From Bacteroidales bacterium (GTDB taxonomy: Bacteria; Bacteroidota; Bacteroidia; Bacteroidales; JAAYJT01), in contig JACZJK010000040.1 in the NCBI GenBank assembly GCA_014860575.1, positions 34,082 to 98,081 of the forward strand: a DNA stretch of 64,000 nucleotides. The letters are read 5' to 3'. The position numbers and the translations under genes were made by a program. Shown here piece by piece: positions 19,420-29,374 of this stretch (position 1 is its first letter; every line of letters begins with the position of its first letter). The notes below the pieces were generated by a model that worked only from the letters and a program-made list of their open reading frames with translations, searched no databases and was not told the origin of the DNA.

Positions 19420-19552
19420 TGTGTAAATCTCGTGCCTGCAATTTTCGTTTAGCCAACGGAAATAGAAAAATAACAAAATTCGGGCTTTAGCCACATTCAG
19501 ATGAGTCTGATCTAAATTTTGGATCGGATCAATCATGAAAGCTGAATAAAAT

Positions 19553-19560
19553 TAACTTTG
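19553..19560 (+). promoter_or_regulatory. candidate internal -7 promoter box (TAacTTTG)
   Basis: TAnnTTTG motif 30 nt upstream of the ATPase ATG, inside the 170-nt gap that splits the transporter genes. Confidence 0.35.
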
Positions 19561-19589
19561 CACTACAACCAATCCAGTTCAATCTGGTC

Positions 19590-20345
19590 ATGCAAAAAAT
19601 CATAGAGTTAATTGATGTTACTGCCGGATATGGCCAGGAGTTCGCATTAAAGGATGTGAACCTCGAGGTGTATGACAACGACTTTATTGGTGTTATTGGC
19701 CCCAACGGCGGCGGGAAAACCACCCTTGTCAAATTAATTGTAGGCTTGCTCAAACCAACAAAAGGAAGGATAGTCCTGAACCAACAGCGAACTGATGGGC
19801 TTCAGAATATTATTGGTTACCTTCCGCAGGTAAACAGGTTCGATACCCGTTTTCCGATTTCTGTGATTGATGTTGTGCTCTCAGGGCTCATTTCAGAAAA
19901 AAGTATTTTGTTCAGGTTCGGAAAAAAGGACAAGGAGAAAGCCCAGGCTTTGCTTGAACAGATGGGAGTAAGCCATTTAAGGAACAGACCTATTGGAGAA
20001 CTATCAGGCGGGCAGATGCAGCGCGTTTTTTTGTGCCGCGCCATCATAACTTCGCCAAAACTGCTCATTCTTGATGAACCAAACACCTTCGTTGATAACC
20101 AGTTTGAGGCTGATCTTTATGAAACCCTGAAACAACTAAACACGCAAATGGCTATAATGATTGTGTCGCATGATGTTGGAACCATCAGTTATTACGTAAA
20201 AACCATTGCCTGTGTGAACCGCTTCCTGCATTATCATCCTTCAAATATTATTTCGGAGCAACAACTTGCTGCGTATGGTTGCCCTATCCAGATTATTACC
20301 CATGGCGATATTCCCCATACTGTATTGAAGAAACATAACCACTGA
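19590..20345 (+). CDS. metal ABC transporter ATP-binding protein (ZnuC-like)
   Basis: Walker A GPNGGGKTT, signature LSGGQMQR and Walker B LLILDEP. Confidence 0.9.
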   Translation: MQKIIELIDVTAGYGQEFALKDVNLEVYDNDFIGVIGPNGGGKTTLVKLIVGLLKPTKGRIVLNQQRTDGLQNIIGYLPQVNRFDTRFPISVIDVVLSGLISEKSILFRFGKKDKEKAQALLEQMGVSHLRNRPIGELSGGQMQRVFLCRAIITSPKLLILDEPNTFVDNQFEADLYETLKQLNTQMAIMIVSHDVGTISYYVKTIACVNRFLHYHPSNIISEQQLAAYGCPIQIITHGDIPHTVLKKHNH

Positions 20346-20346
20346 T

Positions 20347-21195
20347 ATGCTGGCTGAATTTATTGAACTGCTCTCTTACTCGTTTTTTTATAATGCATTG
20401 CTGGCGGCTTTGCTGGCAAGTATTTCATGTGGAATTGCCGGAACCTATATTGTTGCCAGGCGGAAGGTTTTTATTGCCGGGGGCATAACGCATGCTTCAT
20501 TTGGTGGGATCGGAATGGGGTATTTTTTAGGGGTCAGTCCTGTGCTGGGAGGTTCAGTCTTTGGGTTGTTATCAGCCTTGGGTATAGAATTTATCGCAAA
20601 AAAAACTGAAATACGGGAAGATTCAGCCATTGGGATTATTTGGTCTTTGGGAATGGCGTTGGGTATAATTTTCATCTTTCTCACTCCAGGCTATGCACCC
20701 AACCTGATGACCTACCTTTTTGGTAATATTTTAACAGTAAGCAGCGCTGACATTCTATATATGGCCGTCCTTTGCCTATTGCTAATTTTATTTTTCCTGA
20801 TTTTTTACCGCATCATCCTCTTTATTGCATTCGACGAAGAATATGCCCGCAGCCATAAACTACCCGTACAAACGTTTAATTATCTTTTGATTACCCTCGT
20901 AGCCTTAGTGATTGTTCTCAATATAAGGATCGTAGGAATAATCCTGGTTATCTCCTTCTTTACCATTCCTCAATCCACGGCAAATCTGTTCACCCGTAAT
21001 TTTAAGTGGATTATTTTCTACTCAATAATATTTGGAATGTTGGGTTCCTTCCTGGGGTTATACATATCCTTCAAGGCAAACCTTCCTTCAGGCGCTACCA
21101 TCATTTGTGTATTTGTGCTTATTTATACGGTGGCATGGATATATCGTACCATTCAAAAAAGAAGGCTAATACACCGGCAACTAAGGATATCCTGA
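20347..21195 (+). CDS. metal ABC transporter permease (ABC-3/ZnuB-like)
   Basis: 282 aa, polytopic. It starts 1 nt after the ATPase stop and shows the ABC-3 family pattern. Confidence 0.85.
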   Translation: MLAEFIELLSYSFFYNALLAALLASISCGIAGTYIVARRKVFIAGGITHASFGGIGMGYFLGVSPVLGGSVFGLLSALGIEFIAKKTEIREDSAIGIIWSLGMALGIIFIFLTPGYAPNLMTYLFGNILTVSSADILYMAVLCLLLILFFLIFYRIILFIAFDEEYARSHKLPVQTFNYLLITLVALVIVLNIRIVGIILVISFFTIPQSTANLFTRNFKWIIFYSIIFGMLGSFLGLYISFKANLPSGATIICVFVLIYTVAWIYRTIQKRRLIHRQLRIS

Positions 21196-21232
21196 GATCA
21201 TACTACACTTCAGATGGATCTTGTCTGCTTTT

Positions 21233-22465
21233 CTATATACGGCTGAGTTTAGCCCTCACTTCTCTATATCCTTCCCAATCAAAACAATCCAAGAATTCGA
21301 GGCCTTCTTTGGCTCCATGCAGGAACATCCTGACTTGCTCTGACCTGCTGATTTCAAAATCCAGCCAATTGAATTCCTTATCAGCATCAATATGGCATAT
21401 CAGTTTGTTATAGTCCGGGTTGCGTTTCAAAAAGTCATAGTCATGAATCTGGCGCATTGAACTTATCATTGACCCAAAGAAATTTGTCAAACTATTGAGT
21501 TTTGAATAGGATTCCCGGTAAGTACTGAGTTTTGCACCAAATGTAGGCCAGCGAGGTACCCCGCCATCACTGCGGTGAAACACGTTAATCGGGAAGTTTG
21601 AGAGCATACCGCCATCCACAAAAGTAACTTTTGATGGAACTTCACCTGCATACCTGCAATGCGTCATCCAGTTGGCATCATTTTTAGTCCCACTGTTTGG
21701 AATGGAATCAAAGGTTACCGGCTCAAAGAACAAGGGGATCGACATGGAAGTGCGAACCATTTTTGCCGGGCTTACCTTTTCGGGATCTTTAAAAAACAGT
21801 TCAGTCATCTCTGGGAATTCGATCTTGCTGTGTGTGGTAACGTCTGCTGCAATGATGGCGAGTTTTGGTACAAGCTTATCTATGTTACCATCACGCACAT
21901 TTTTCATTTTAGCGGGCAGCTTGCCCATCAATTTCTTAATGTCGGCCATTGTTTTAACACCCGCTTTGGCCAACTCTTCTGTGATCCAGGTCTCAAAATT
22001 ACTGCCGGGGTTCAAGCCGAATTTATCCATGATTGTTTTATACAATGTCCGGGCATTAAAGAGAACCCGCAGTCCGATTCCTTTTTCTCCCCTGACCGCT
22101 TTCTGGATGATGCTTCGTACAGCTTTATCTCCATCCACCAGGTCGAAGAGGCTTTTCCGGCTCAGGATGTCGAGGATTTTCTCCGACTTGGCTTCCTGCA
22201 TAGGACCAAGACCGGCAATCATCATTGTGTTGATTGCTCCGGCAGAAGTTCCGGCAAGACTGAAAAACCGGATGCCGGCAGCTTCAAGCACATAGGTGTA
22301 GCCAACGAGGGCAATCCCGAGTACGCCGCCGCCTTCCTGCACTAAATCAACATATTGGTTTCCCTGCCCGTCTTCAATATCAGAAAATCTTTTTCCGCTT
22401 TTTTTTAAGGCTTCAGCCTGTGCAAGGATTTTAAGAAAATCCTGGTTTTCGATAAAATCTTTCAT
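21233..22465 (-). CDS. patatin-like phospholipase
   Basis: 410 aa with oxyanion GGGVLG, nucleophile elbow GTSAG and catalytic Asp in FVDGGMLSNFP. Confidence 0.85.
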   Translation of the reverse strand: MKDFIENQDFLKILAQAEALKKSGKRFSDIEDGQGNQYVDLVQEGGGVLGIALVGYTYVLEAAGIRFFSLAGTSAGAINTMMIAGLGPMQEAKSEKILDILSRKSLFDLVDGDKAVRSIIQKAVRGEKGIGLRVLFNARTLYKTIMDKFGLNPGSNFETWITEELAKAGVKTMADIKKLMGKLPAKMKNVRDGNIDKLVPKLAIIAADVTTHSKIEFPEMTELFFKDPEKVSPAKMVRTSMSIPLFFEPVTFDSIPNSGTKNDANWMTHCRYAGEVPSKVTFVDGGMLSNFPINVFHRSDGGVPRWPTFGAKLSTYRESYSKLNSLTNFFGSMISSMRQIHDYDFLKRNPDYNKLICHIDADKEFNWLDFEISRSEQVRMFLHGAKEGLEFLDCFDWEGYREVRAKLSRI

Positions 22466-22797
22466 GGTTGTAAAGGTTTGGAAGTGATTGTTTAAACAAG
22501 CACAAAGTTAAGTGATCAAATCATGTTTTATGTGAATGAAATGTTAATTTAATGCCAGCCCCTTTTCATTATCATTTTTTTAATTCGGACAACGATTCAA
22601 GGCAATGAGAAATAGAAAATCAGCAGCTTATGAAGTTTTAGCCGGTTTGATATTATAATTCCTGTTTGATTTGTTTATTGATCTGAGCCTGATAGACTTT
22701 TTATGTGCAAACCCTGGAATATATTTTATCTCCTGACTACAATTGCAAAAATTAAATTATTGTAATAACGTTATCTCTCAGCACAAAATCCAACTTT

Positions 22798-25149
22798 ATG
22801 CGATTTACAATACTCCTTGCAGTTTCATTGTTGTCTTTTTTAATTACCATCATCGGCAGTTCCCATGCACAAACCAACCGTTATAGCCTGAGTGGATTTG
22901 TTTATGAAGCAGGCAGTCGCGAATCCCTGCCGGGTGTTAATATTTACTTCCCGGAACAACGAACCGGTACAAGCAGCAACAATTATGGATTTTACTCCAT
23001 TACACTTCCCGAAGGAAATTACCAGGTAGTTTATTCCTCGGTAGGGTATAATCCACAGGCTTTTGAAATTGAACTGAACAAACATATAACCTTTGATGCA
23101 TTTCTCGATCCTTCCATCGAGCTTTCGGGTGTTGAAATTGTTGGCGAAAGGGTTCCTGCCATTACTGAAACCCCTATGATGAGCACAATAGATTTGCCGG
23201 TAAAACAAATTCAGCGCATCCCGGCATTGCTTGGCGAAAAGGATGTGCTAAAAATCATTCAGCTCATGCCCGGGGTCAAAAAAGGAACTGAAGGAAGCAG
23301 CGGTTTTTATGTGCGTGGGGGTGGCGCTGATCAAAATCTGATTATCCTCGACGATGCTACGGTTTACAATGCTTTTCACCTTTTTGGTTTCTTCTCACTG
23401 TTCAATGGCGATGCACTCAAAAGTGTTCAGTTGACTAAAGGTGGGTTTCCTGCCCGTTTTGGCGGACGTTTGTCATCGGTGCTGGAAATGACCATGAAGG
23501 ATGGAAATCAGGAACGGATCAGCGGTGAAGCCGGGATTGGAATCATTTCCTCACGGCTACTTCTCGAAGGGCCGATTATCAAAAATAAGGCATCATTCAT
23601 TGTTTCCGGTCGACGAACCTATCTCGACGTGCTTGCCCGGCCTTTTATGCCTAAAGATGAAAAATTTGGTTATTATTTTTATGATCTCAATGCCAAAGTA
23701 AACTATACCATAAATAATAAGAATCGACTGTATTTAAGCGCTTATGCCGGTAGGGACAAATTCTTTGCCAGGTTCAAAGACTTTTATTCTACCAACGATG
23801 CGGGCATGTATTGGGAAAATGCTACAGCCACCCTGCGTTGGAACAATCTGATCAACCACCGCTTGTTTGCAAATGCATCGCTGATATTTAGCCAGTACAG
23901 GTTGAATATTTACGTGAAAGAAAAATACGACAACAATTGGTTTGAACTTTCGTATGCATCAGGCATCCGCGATCTATCGCTGAAATACGACCTGCATTAC
24001 TCACCACATCCTAATCATACCATTAAAGCTGGCCTGATTTCTACCTTTCATCACTTCACACCCAGCGCAGTAGTTTTAAGAGATGATTACCTGCTGGAGT
24101 ATGAGGAAAACGTTAAGGCTATTGATGTACTTGAATCGGGGCTTTACATCGAGGATGAAATAAAACTGGGTTCGAAAATACGTGCCAATGCGGGCATGCG
24201 GCTTTCGCATTTTGTTGATAAGGATGCCAGTTATATCAATCCCGAACCCAGGGTAAGTTTGAGTTATCTTTTACCAAAGGAAATTGCCATCAAGGCTTCC
24301 TTTGCGACTATGAACCAGTATGTGCATGTGCTTAGCAATACCGGTATTGGCCTTCCCACAGATCTTTGGGTTCCAAGTACAAAGAATGTACCTCCGCAGA
24401 AAAGCCGGCAGGTGGCGCTTGGTTTCGCCAAAGACCTTAAGGATCAGAACCTGGAAGTATCCATTGAAGGCTATTACAAAAAATCAGACAACACACTGGG
24501 CTATCGCGAAGGTGCCAGTTTTCTTTTAATTGGCGACCCTACTGGCGCCGAAGAAGTAAACTGGGAAAACGAGGTTACATCAGGACAGGCCTGGGCTTAT
24601 GGAGCAGAGCTTTTAATTCAGCGTAAAACCGGGAAATTGACTGGTTGGATAGGATACACTTTATCATGGGCTGAGCTTCAGTTTGATGAAGTGAATTTCG
24701 GCAAAAAGTATTTTGCTCGTTACGATCGCCGTCACGATATTTCTGTGGTAGCCGTTTATGAGATCAGCGAAAAACTCATATTTTCAGGAACCTGGGTTTA
24801 TGGGACCGGCAATGCCATTACTTTACCAATTGGTGAGTATTGGTCATATCCTCACTCGATGGGCCAATACGATGGTTTCAACCCCGGTTTTTGGTGGGGC
24901 AATGTGAACGATTATGGCGGAATAAACAATTTTCGGATGGCGCCTTACCACCGTCTGGACCTTGGCATACAATTTATCCAACAGTATGAAAACTGGAGGG
25001 GAACCTGGGAACTCAGCGCATATAATGCTTATAACAGAAAAAATCCGTTTTTCTATTATATAGGCTATACCGGTGCTGACGAGCGCGCGCTCATGCAGGT
25101 ATCTATCTTTCCTATTATTCCTTCTTTATCTTATTCAATCAAGTTTTAA
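22798..25149 (+). CDS. TonB-dependent receptor with N-terminal CarboxypepD_reg-like domain
   Basis: 783 aa with a signal peptide. YSLSGFVYEAGSRESLPGVNIYF is followed by a plug region and a long beta-barrel ending in YSIKF. Confidence 0.85.
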   Translation: MRFTILLAVSLLSFLITIIGSSHAQTNRYSLSGFVYEAGSRESLPGVNIYFPEQRTGTSSNNYGFYSITLPEGNYQVVYSSVGYNPQAFEIELNKHITFDAFLDPSIELSGVEIVGERVPAITETPMMSTIDLPVKQIQRIPALLGEKDVLKIIQLMPGVKKGTEGSSGFYVRGGGADQNLIILDDATVYNAFHLFGFFSLFNGDALKSVQLTKGGFPARFGGRLSSVLEMTMKDGNQERISGEAGIGIISSRLLLEGPIIKNKASFIVSGRRTYLDVLARPFMPKDEKFGYYFYDLNAKVNYTINNKNRLYLSAYAGRDKFFARFKDFYSTNDAGMYWENATATLRWNNLINHRLFANASLIFSQYRLNIYVKEKYDNNWFELSYASGIRDLSLKYDLHYSPHPNHTIKAGLISTFHHFTPSAVVLRDDYLLEYEENVKAIDVLESGLYIEDEIKLGSKIRANAGMRLSHFVDKDASYINPEPRVSLSYLLPKEIAIKASFATMNQYVHVLSNTGIGLPTDLWVPSTKNVPPQKSRQVALGFAKDLKDQNLEVSIEGYYKKSDNTLGYREGASFLLIGDPTGAEEVNWENEVTSGQAWAYGAELLIQRKTGKLTGWIGYTLSWAELQFDEVNFGKKYFARYDRRHDISVVAVYEISEKLIFSGTWVYGTGNAITLPIGEYWSYPHSMGQYDGFNPGFWWGNVNDYGGINNFRMAPYHRLDLGIQFIQQYENWRGTWELSAYNAYNRKNPFFYYIGYTGADERALMQVSIFPIIPSLSYSIKF

Positions 25150-25160
25150 ACACCAGCATT

Positions 25161-26042
25161 ATGAGAACCAAGAGTCTATTATATATTTTTGCCGTCGGCA
25201 TCATTTTTTGGGTTTCCTGCGAGGAGATTGTAGATAATGTAGATCTGCCTGAAGCCAAACCAAAGTTGGTTGTGTATAGCTATATCCAACCAGGTACTGA
25301 TACGATTACTGCCCAGGTTTCGCTATCAAGGCCAATTACCGAACCATGGAGTTATGAACAGCCTTTCCTTGACGATGCTGAAGTAAGTATTAAAGTGGAT
25401 CAGGGGCAGGAAATTGCGTTGCAATTTGATCCAAACACAAACCACTATTTCTCAGCCGTTGGCGCTTCATTTATTGAAGTGGGAAAAAAGTATGAAATAA
25501 ATGTAAAATCAAGAGATGGCAAAGAAGTAGCTGCAGATTGTGTGATCCCTGCACAAAATACCTCTCTGCGGATCGTAAAAATAGATTCTGTAGAAATTGA
25601 AAACAGAACACGTTACCGCTTCCGGTTCGAATTTGACGATCCAATCGGAGCACCCAATTATTACCGACTTATTCCTAAAGCCATCATGAAATCTGAATGG
25701 GAAGGCGTAGAGTATATTTATGAATATGACGCCAACTTCAGTTACGGTGAACAATACATTGCTGTGAAAGAGAGAGATGGCGAAACTTTTATTCTTGAAT
25801 GCGACATTGAAGTGTGGACCGATCCAGGCTGGAGCGGCGGTGAAAGGCTGGCAGGAGTTAAAACTTACCTTCTTTCAACCGATGAGCATTATTATCACTA
25901 TCATCACTCCCTCGAAAACTACGAACCTGATAATCCGTTTTCTGAACCTACAATCATTTATACAAATATGAACAACGGACTTGGTGTGTTTGCCGGGTAC
26001 AATCCGTTTGTACTGGAGTATTGGATGGATGGGCCGAGATAG
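25161..26042 (+). CDS. DUF4249-like lipoprotein (usual partner of CarboxypepD_reg TonB receptors)
   Basis: 293 aa with lipoprotein-like FWVSC. C-terminal NGLGVFAGYN. It starts 12 nt after the receptor gene. Confidence 0.65.
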   Translation: MRTKSLLYIFAVGIIFWVSCEEIVDNVDLPEAKPKLVVYSYIQPGTDTITAQVSLSRPITEPWSYEQPFLDDAEVSIKVDQGQEIALQFDPNTNHYFSAVGASFIEVGKKYEINVKSRDGKEVAADCVIPAQNTSLRIVKIDSVEIENRTRYRFRFEFDDPIGAPNYYRLIPKAIMKSEWEGVEYIYEYDANFSYGEQYIAVKERDGETFILECDIEVWTDPGWSGGERLAGVKTYLLSTDEHYYHYHHSLENYEPDNPFSEPTIIYTNMNNGLGVFAGYNPFVLEYWMDGPR

Positions 26043-26061
26043 TTTCACCAAACTATAAAAA

Positions 26062-26195
26062 CGAGGCTGCCTCGAAATTTCTGCGTTTGCTGGTTTTTGT
26101 CATCCTGAGTGTAACGAAGGATCTGGTTTTGAAGCTAAGAAGAGATCCTTCACTTCGTTCAGGATGACAAGATTCGACCTTTTGAGACAGCCTCG
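26062..26195. repeat. nested palindromic intergenic element, copy B
   Basis: Outer arms are cgaggctgcctcg / gagacagcctcg. The inner core is tgtcatcctgagtgtaacgaaggatc...gatccttcacttcgttcaggatgaca (26098-26169). It lies 26 nt after the gcvP stop, with a T-run on the - strand. Confidence 0.9.
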
Positions 26196-26220
26196 ATTTT
26201 AGATGAAACTGTTTAAAAAT

Positions 26221-29103
26221 CTATTTCAACATTTCCGTTGTTGGTTCAAAGGTGCACACCAGGTTGCGGTCGCCAAAGGCATCGTCAATACGTGTTACTG
26301 AGGGCCAGTACTTATCTTTTTTAAGGTAAGGCGTCGGAAATGCAGCTTTCTCCCTTGAGTAAGTATGGTTCCACTCAGTTGCAACAACCATTTCACAGGT
26401 GTGTGGGGCATTTTTAATCACGCTGTCCTGTAAGGCAACTTTTCCATCTTCCACTTCGCGCATTTCATCACGAATGGTCATCATGGCATCACAGAAGCGA
26501 TCGAGTTCTGATAATGGTTCGCTCTCGGTAGGTTCAACCATAAGCGTTCCGATAACCGGAAATGCCACGGTGGGTGCATGAAAGCCAAAATCCATGAGCC
26601 GTTTGGCAATGTCAATTACATTCACCCCGCCTGAACGGCTAAAGCAATTACAGTCAATGATCATTTCATGCGCTACCCATCCGTTTTTGCCAACGTACAA
26701 TATCTTATAATCACCTTCAAGCCTGGCTTTAAGGTAGTTTGCATTCAGCATGGCGTATTTCGTAGCTTCGGTCAAACCTTCGGCGCCCAACAGCTTGATA
26801 TAGGCATATGAGATTGTAAGGATCATTGCACTTCCATAAGGTGCAGCAGCAACAACCATTTCGTTTTGCTTATTGCCCATATCCACTACCGGATGCGTTG
26901 GAAGGTAAGGAACCAGATGGCTCGCCACACCAATAGGGCCGGCTCCGGGGCCACCTCCACCATGTGGAATTGCGAAAGTCTTGTGCAGGTTCAGATGGCA
27001 AACATCTGCGCCGAGTATTCCGGGATTGGTGAGCCCAACCTGCGCATTCATATTGGCGCCATCCATGTAAACCTGGCCACCGTTTTCGTGAATAATGTTT
27101 ATAGCATCCAGGATTCCTTCTTCATACACTCCATGGGTGGATGGATAGGTGATCATGGCAGCCGCAAGATTTTCACGATATTTTTCTGCCTTTTCTTTCA
27201 GATCTCCAAGGTCAATATTGCCCAAAGGGTCTGTTTTAACAACAACTACATCCATGCCTGCCATGGCGCAGCTGGCCGGATTTGTTCCATGTGCCGAAGC
27301 GGGGATCAGACAAATATTACGGTGGCTTTCACCCTTTGCTTTAAGGTATTCACGGATAACCAGCAAGCCTGTATACTCACCGGCAGCTCCTGAATTGGGT
27401 TGAAACGACATGCGGGCAAAACCGGTGATTTCGCAAAGATCTTTTTCAAGTTGTTCAATCAGCAGGTGGTATCCTTTGGCTTGTTCAGCAGGAACGAAGG
27501 GATGTATTGATCCAAATTCAGGCCAGCTCATCGCAAACATCTCTGAAGCTGCATTTAGTTTCATGGTGCATGAACCCAGGGGAATCATAGTGCGGTTAAG
27601 CGCCAGGTCCCTGTTTTCAAGCTTTTTCATGAAACGCATCATCTCTGTTTCATTATGAAAACTATTGAAGTTCTCATGGGTAAGATATTGACTCGTACGT
27701 TTGAATTCCGAACCAAATGTTTCAATCTTTCTGCATTCAACCGGATCGCACACAAATGTTGTGAAAGGCTTTGCTGCTGCATTGGCAAAGATTTCGAGAA
27801 TCTTGTTGATGTCCTCCAGCGTAGTTACTTCATCAATGCTAATTACCAGCATTGTTTGGTATATGTAGCGGAAGTTCATCTTGTTTTCAAGTGCAACTTT
27901 TTTGATTGCTTCCATCGAAACACCGCCAGGCAATTCAAAACACAGCGTATCGAAGAAATTCTGGTTGAGTTGTTTGAACCCATACTGCTTTGCTTCATTG
28001 CCGAGCACCCCGGCTAAAATATTGATATGCCTTGCAATCTCCATAATGCCCTTAGGCCCATGATATGCAGCCCACATTCCCGACATGATAGCCAGCAGTG
28101 CCTGTGCAGTGCAGATATTGGATGTTGCGCGCTCGCGTTTAATATGTTGCTCTCGGGTTTGAAGGGCCATGCGCAAAGCCCGGTTTCCATTGGCATCAAC
28201 AGAAACACCGATGATGCGTCCCGGAAGGTGACGTTTATGATCTTCTTTGGTAGCAAAATATCCTGCATGCGGGCCGCCAAATCCCATTGGAAGGCCAAAA
28301 CGCTGGCTTGATCCCACTACAACGTCAGCGCCCCATTCTCCCGGAGGAGTGAGCAGCGCCAGACTCAGCAGGTCGGCGGCAACGGCAACGGCAATTCCTG
28401 TTGATGCTGCTTTTGCAGCCAGATCGCGGTAATCATAGATTGCACCTCGTTCGTCAGGGTATTGAACCATGAGGCCAAACACTTTTTCATTCAGGTCGAA
28501 GTTTTCATGGTTGCCAATCTGAACCATGATATCAAGGTGTTGAGCGCGGGTTTTCAGCACGGCAATTGTTTGTGGGAACATCCTTTCGGAAACCAGAAAT
28601 ACATTCGCATTGCTTTTGACTTTGTCGCGTGGGCGGGCATTGTACAGCATAATCATGGCTTCGGCAGCGGCAGTACCTTCATCCAGCAGCGAGGCATTGG
28701 CAAGTGGCATACCGGTGATATCGCTGATCATGGTTTGGTACATCAGCAATGCTTCAAGCCTACCCTGCGAAATTTCAGCCTGGTAAGGTGTGTATGAAGT
28801 GTACCAACCCGGATTTTCAAGTATGTTGCGTTGAATTACACCAGGCATAATGGAATTGTAGTACCCCATACCAATAAACGACTTGAAAATTTTGTTTCGT
28901 GCACCCAAATCCCGCAGATGGTTGATGAGTTCAAACTCGTTGAGACCTGCGGGCAGGTTCAATCCTTTTTTTAATCTGATAGCGGCTGGTACCGTCTGGT
29001 CAATGAGTTCGCCGAGAGAGTTAAGCCCCATGAATTTAAGCATCCTGGCTGCTTCATCCTTGCTGGGCCCATTGTGTCTTTTCAGGAAGTTGTCTGTGAT
29101 CAT
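26221..29103 (-). CDS. gcvP: glycine dehydrogenase (decarboxylating), single-chain P protein
   Basis: ORF 26221-29169, trimmed to M23 (MITDNFLKRHNGPS) because the upstream 66 nt run into repeat copy C. Full-length GcvP colinearity, including the PLP region NLHKTFAIPHGGGGPG. Confidence 0.92.
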   Translation of the reverse strand: MITDNFLKRHNGPSKDEAARMLKFMGLNSLGELIDQTVPAAIRLKKGLNLPAGLNEFELINHLRDLGARNKIFKSFIGMGYYNSIMPGVIQRNILENPGWYTSYTPYQAEISQGRLEALLMYQTMISDITGMPLANASLLDEGTAAAEAMIMLYNARPRDKVKSNANVFLVSERMFPQTIAVLKTRAQHLDIMVQIGNHENFDLNEKVFGLMVQYPDERGAIYDYRDLAAKAASTGIAVAVAADLLSLALLTPPGEWGADVVVGSSQRFGLPMGFGGPHAGYFATKEDHKRHLPGRIIGVSVDANGNRALRMALQTREQHIKRERATSNICTAQALLAIMSGMWAAYHGPKGIMEIARHINILAGVLGNEAKQYGFKQLNQNFFDTLCFELPGGVSMEAIKKVALENKMNFRYIYQTMLVISIDEVTTLEDINKILEIFANAAAKPFTTFVCDPVECRKIETFGSEFKRTSQYLTHENFNSFHNETEMMRFMKKLENRDLALNRTMIPLGSCTMKLNAASEMFAMSWPEFGSIHPFVPAEQAKGYHLLIEQLEKDLCEITGFARMSFQPNSGAAGEYTGLLVIREYLKAKGESHRNICLIPASAHGTNPASCAMAGMDVVVVKTDPLGNIDLGDLKEKAEKYRENLAAAMITYPSTHGVYEEGILDAINIIHENGGQVYMDGANMNAQVGLTNPGILGADVCHLNLHKTFAIPHGGGGPGAGPIGVASHLVPYLPTHPVVDMGNKQNEMVVAAAPYGSAMILTISYAYIKLLGAEGLTEATKYAMLNANYLKARLEGDYKILYVGKNGWVAHEMIIDCNCFSRSGGVNVIDIAKRLMDFGFHAPTVAFPVIGTLMVEPTESEPLSELDRFCDAMMTIRDEMREVEDGKVALQDSVIKNAPHTCEMVVATEWNHTYSREKAAFPTPYLKKDKYWPSVTRIDDAFGDRNLVCTFEPTTEMLK

Positions 29104-29137
29104 TACTGTGTGTTGATGTTTAAGAGAGTTGATGTTT

Positions 29138-29270
29138 TGAGGCTGTCTCGAAAGGTTGAATCTTGTCATCCTGAACGAAGTGAAGGAACTCTACATATCT
29201 GTATATTGGATTCTTCGCTGCGCTCAGAATGACAAAAAACGATAAATATAGAACTTATGAGCCAACCTTA
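29138..29270. repeat. nested palindromic intergenic element, copy C
   Basis: The left arm gaggctgtctcgaaaggttgaatcttgtcatcctgaacgaagtgaagga is the near-exact reverse complement of the right arm of copy B. It lies between the hppA stop and the gcvP start. Confidence 0.9.
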
Positions 29271-29374
29271 TTGTTATGTTCAAGTTTATAATCTTCAATA
29301 AAAGTAGTTCACTGTTAATTGCTCACTGCCAACTTCATTCGGAATTCCGGGTTTTGCGTTCTCGATCCTTTTTT

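Noticed and set aside
21659-22345. 228-aa and 207-aa plus-strand ORFs.
   Set aside because: They are antisense to the patatin-like gene, which has intact catalytic motifs. The translations are low-complexity with no recognisable domains.
21233-22465. The patatin-like phospholipase as a CBASS or other defence-system effector.
   Set aside because: No cyclase, sensor, nuclease or other defence-type partner is adjacent. The neighbours are a metal ABC permease and a TonB receptor. Stand-alone patatin genes are common in Bacteroidota.
26399-29116. About a dozen 60-175-aa plus-strand ORFs.
   Set aside because: All are antisense to the single uninterrupted gcvP frame. These are typical shadow ORFs of a long gene.
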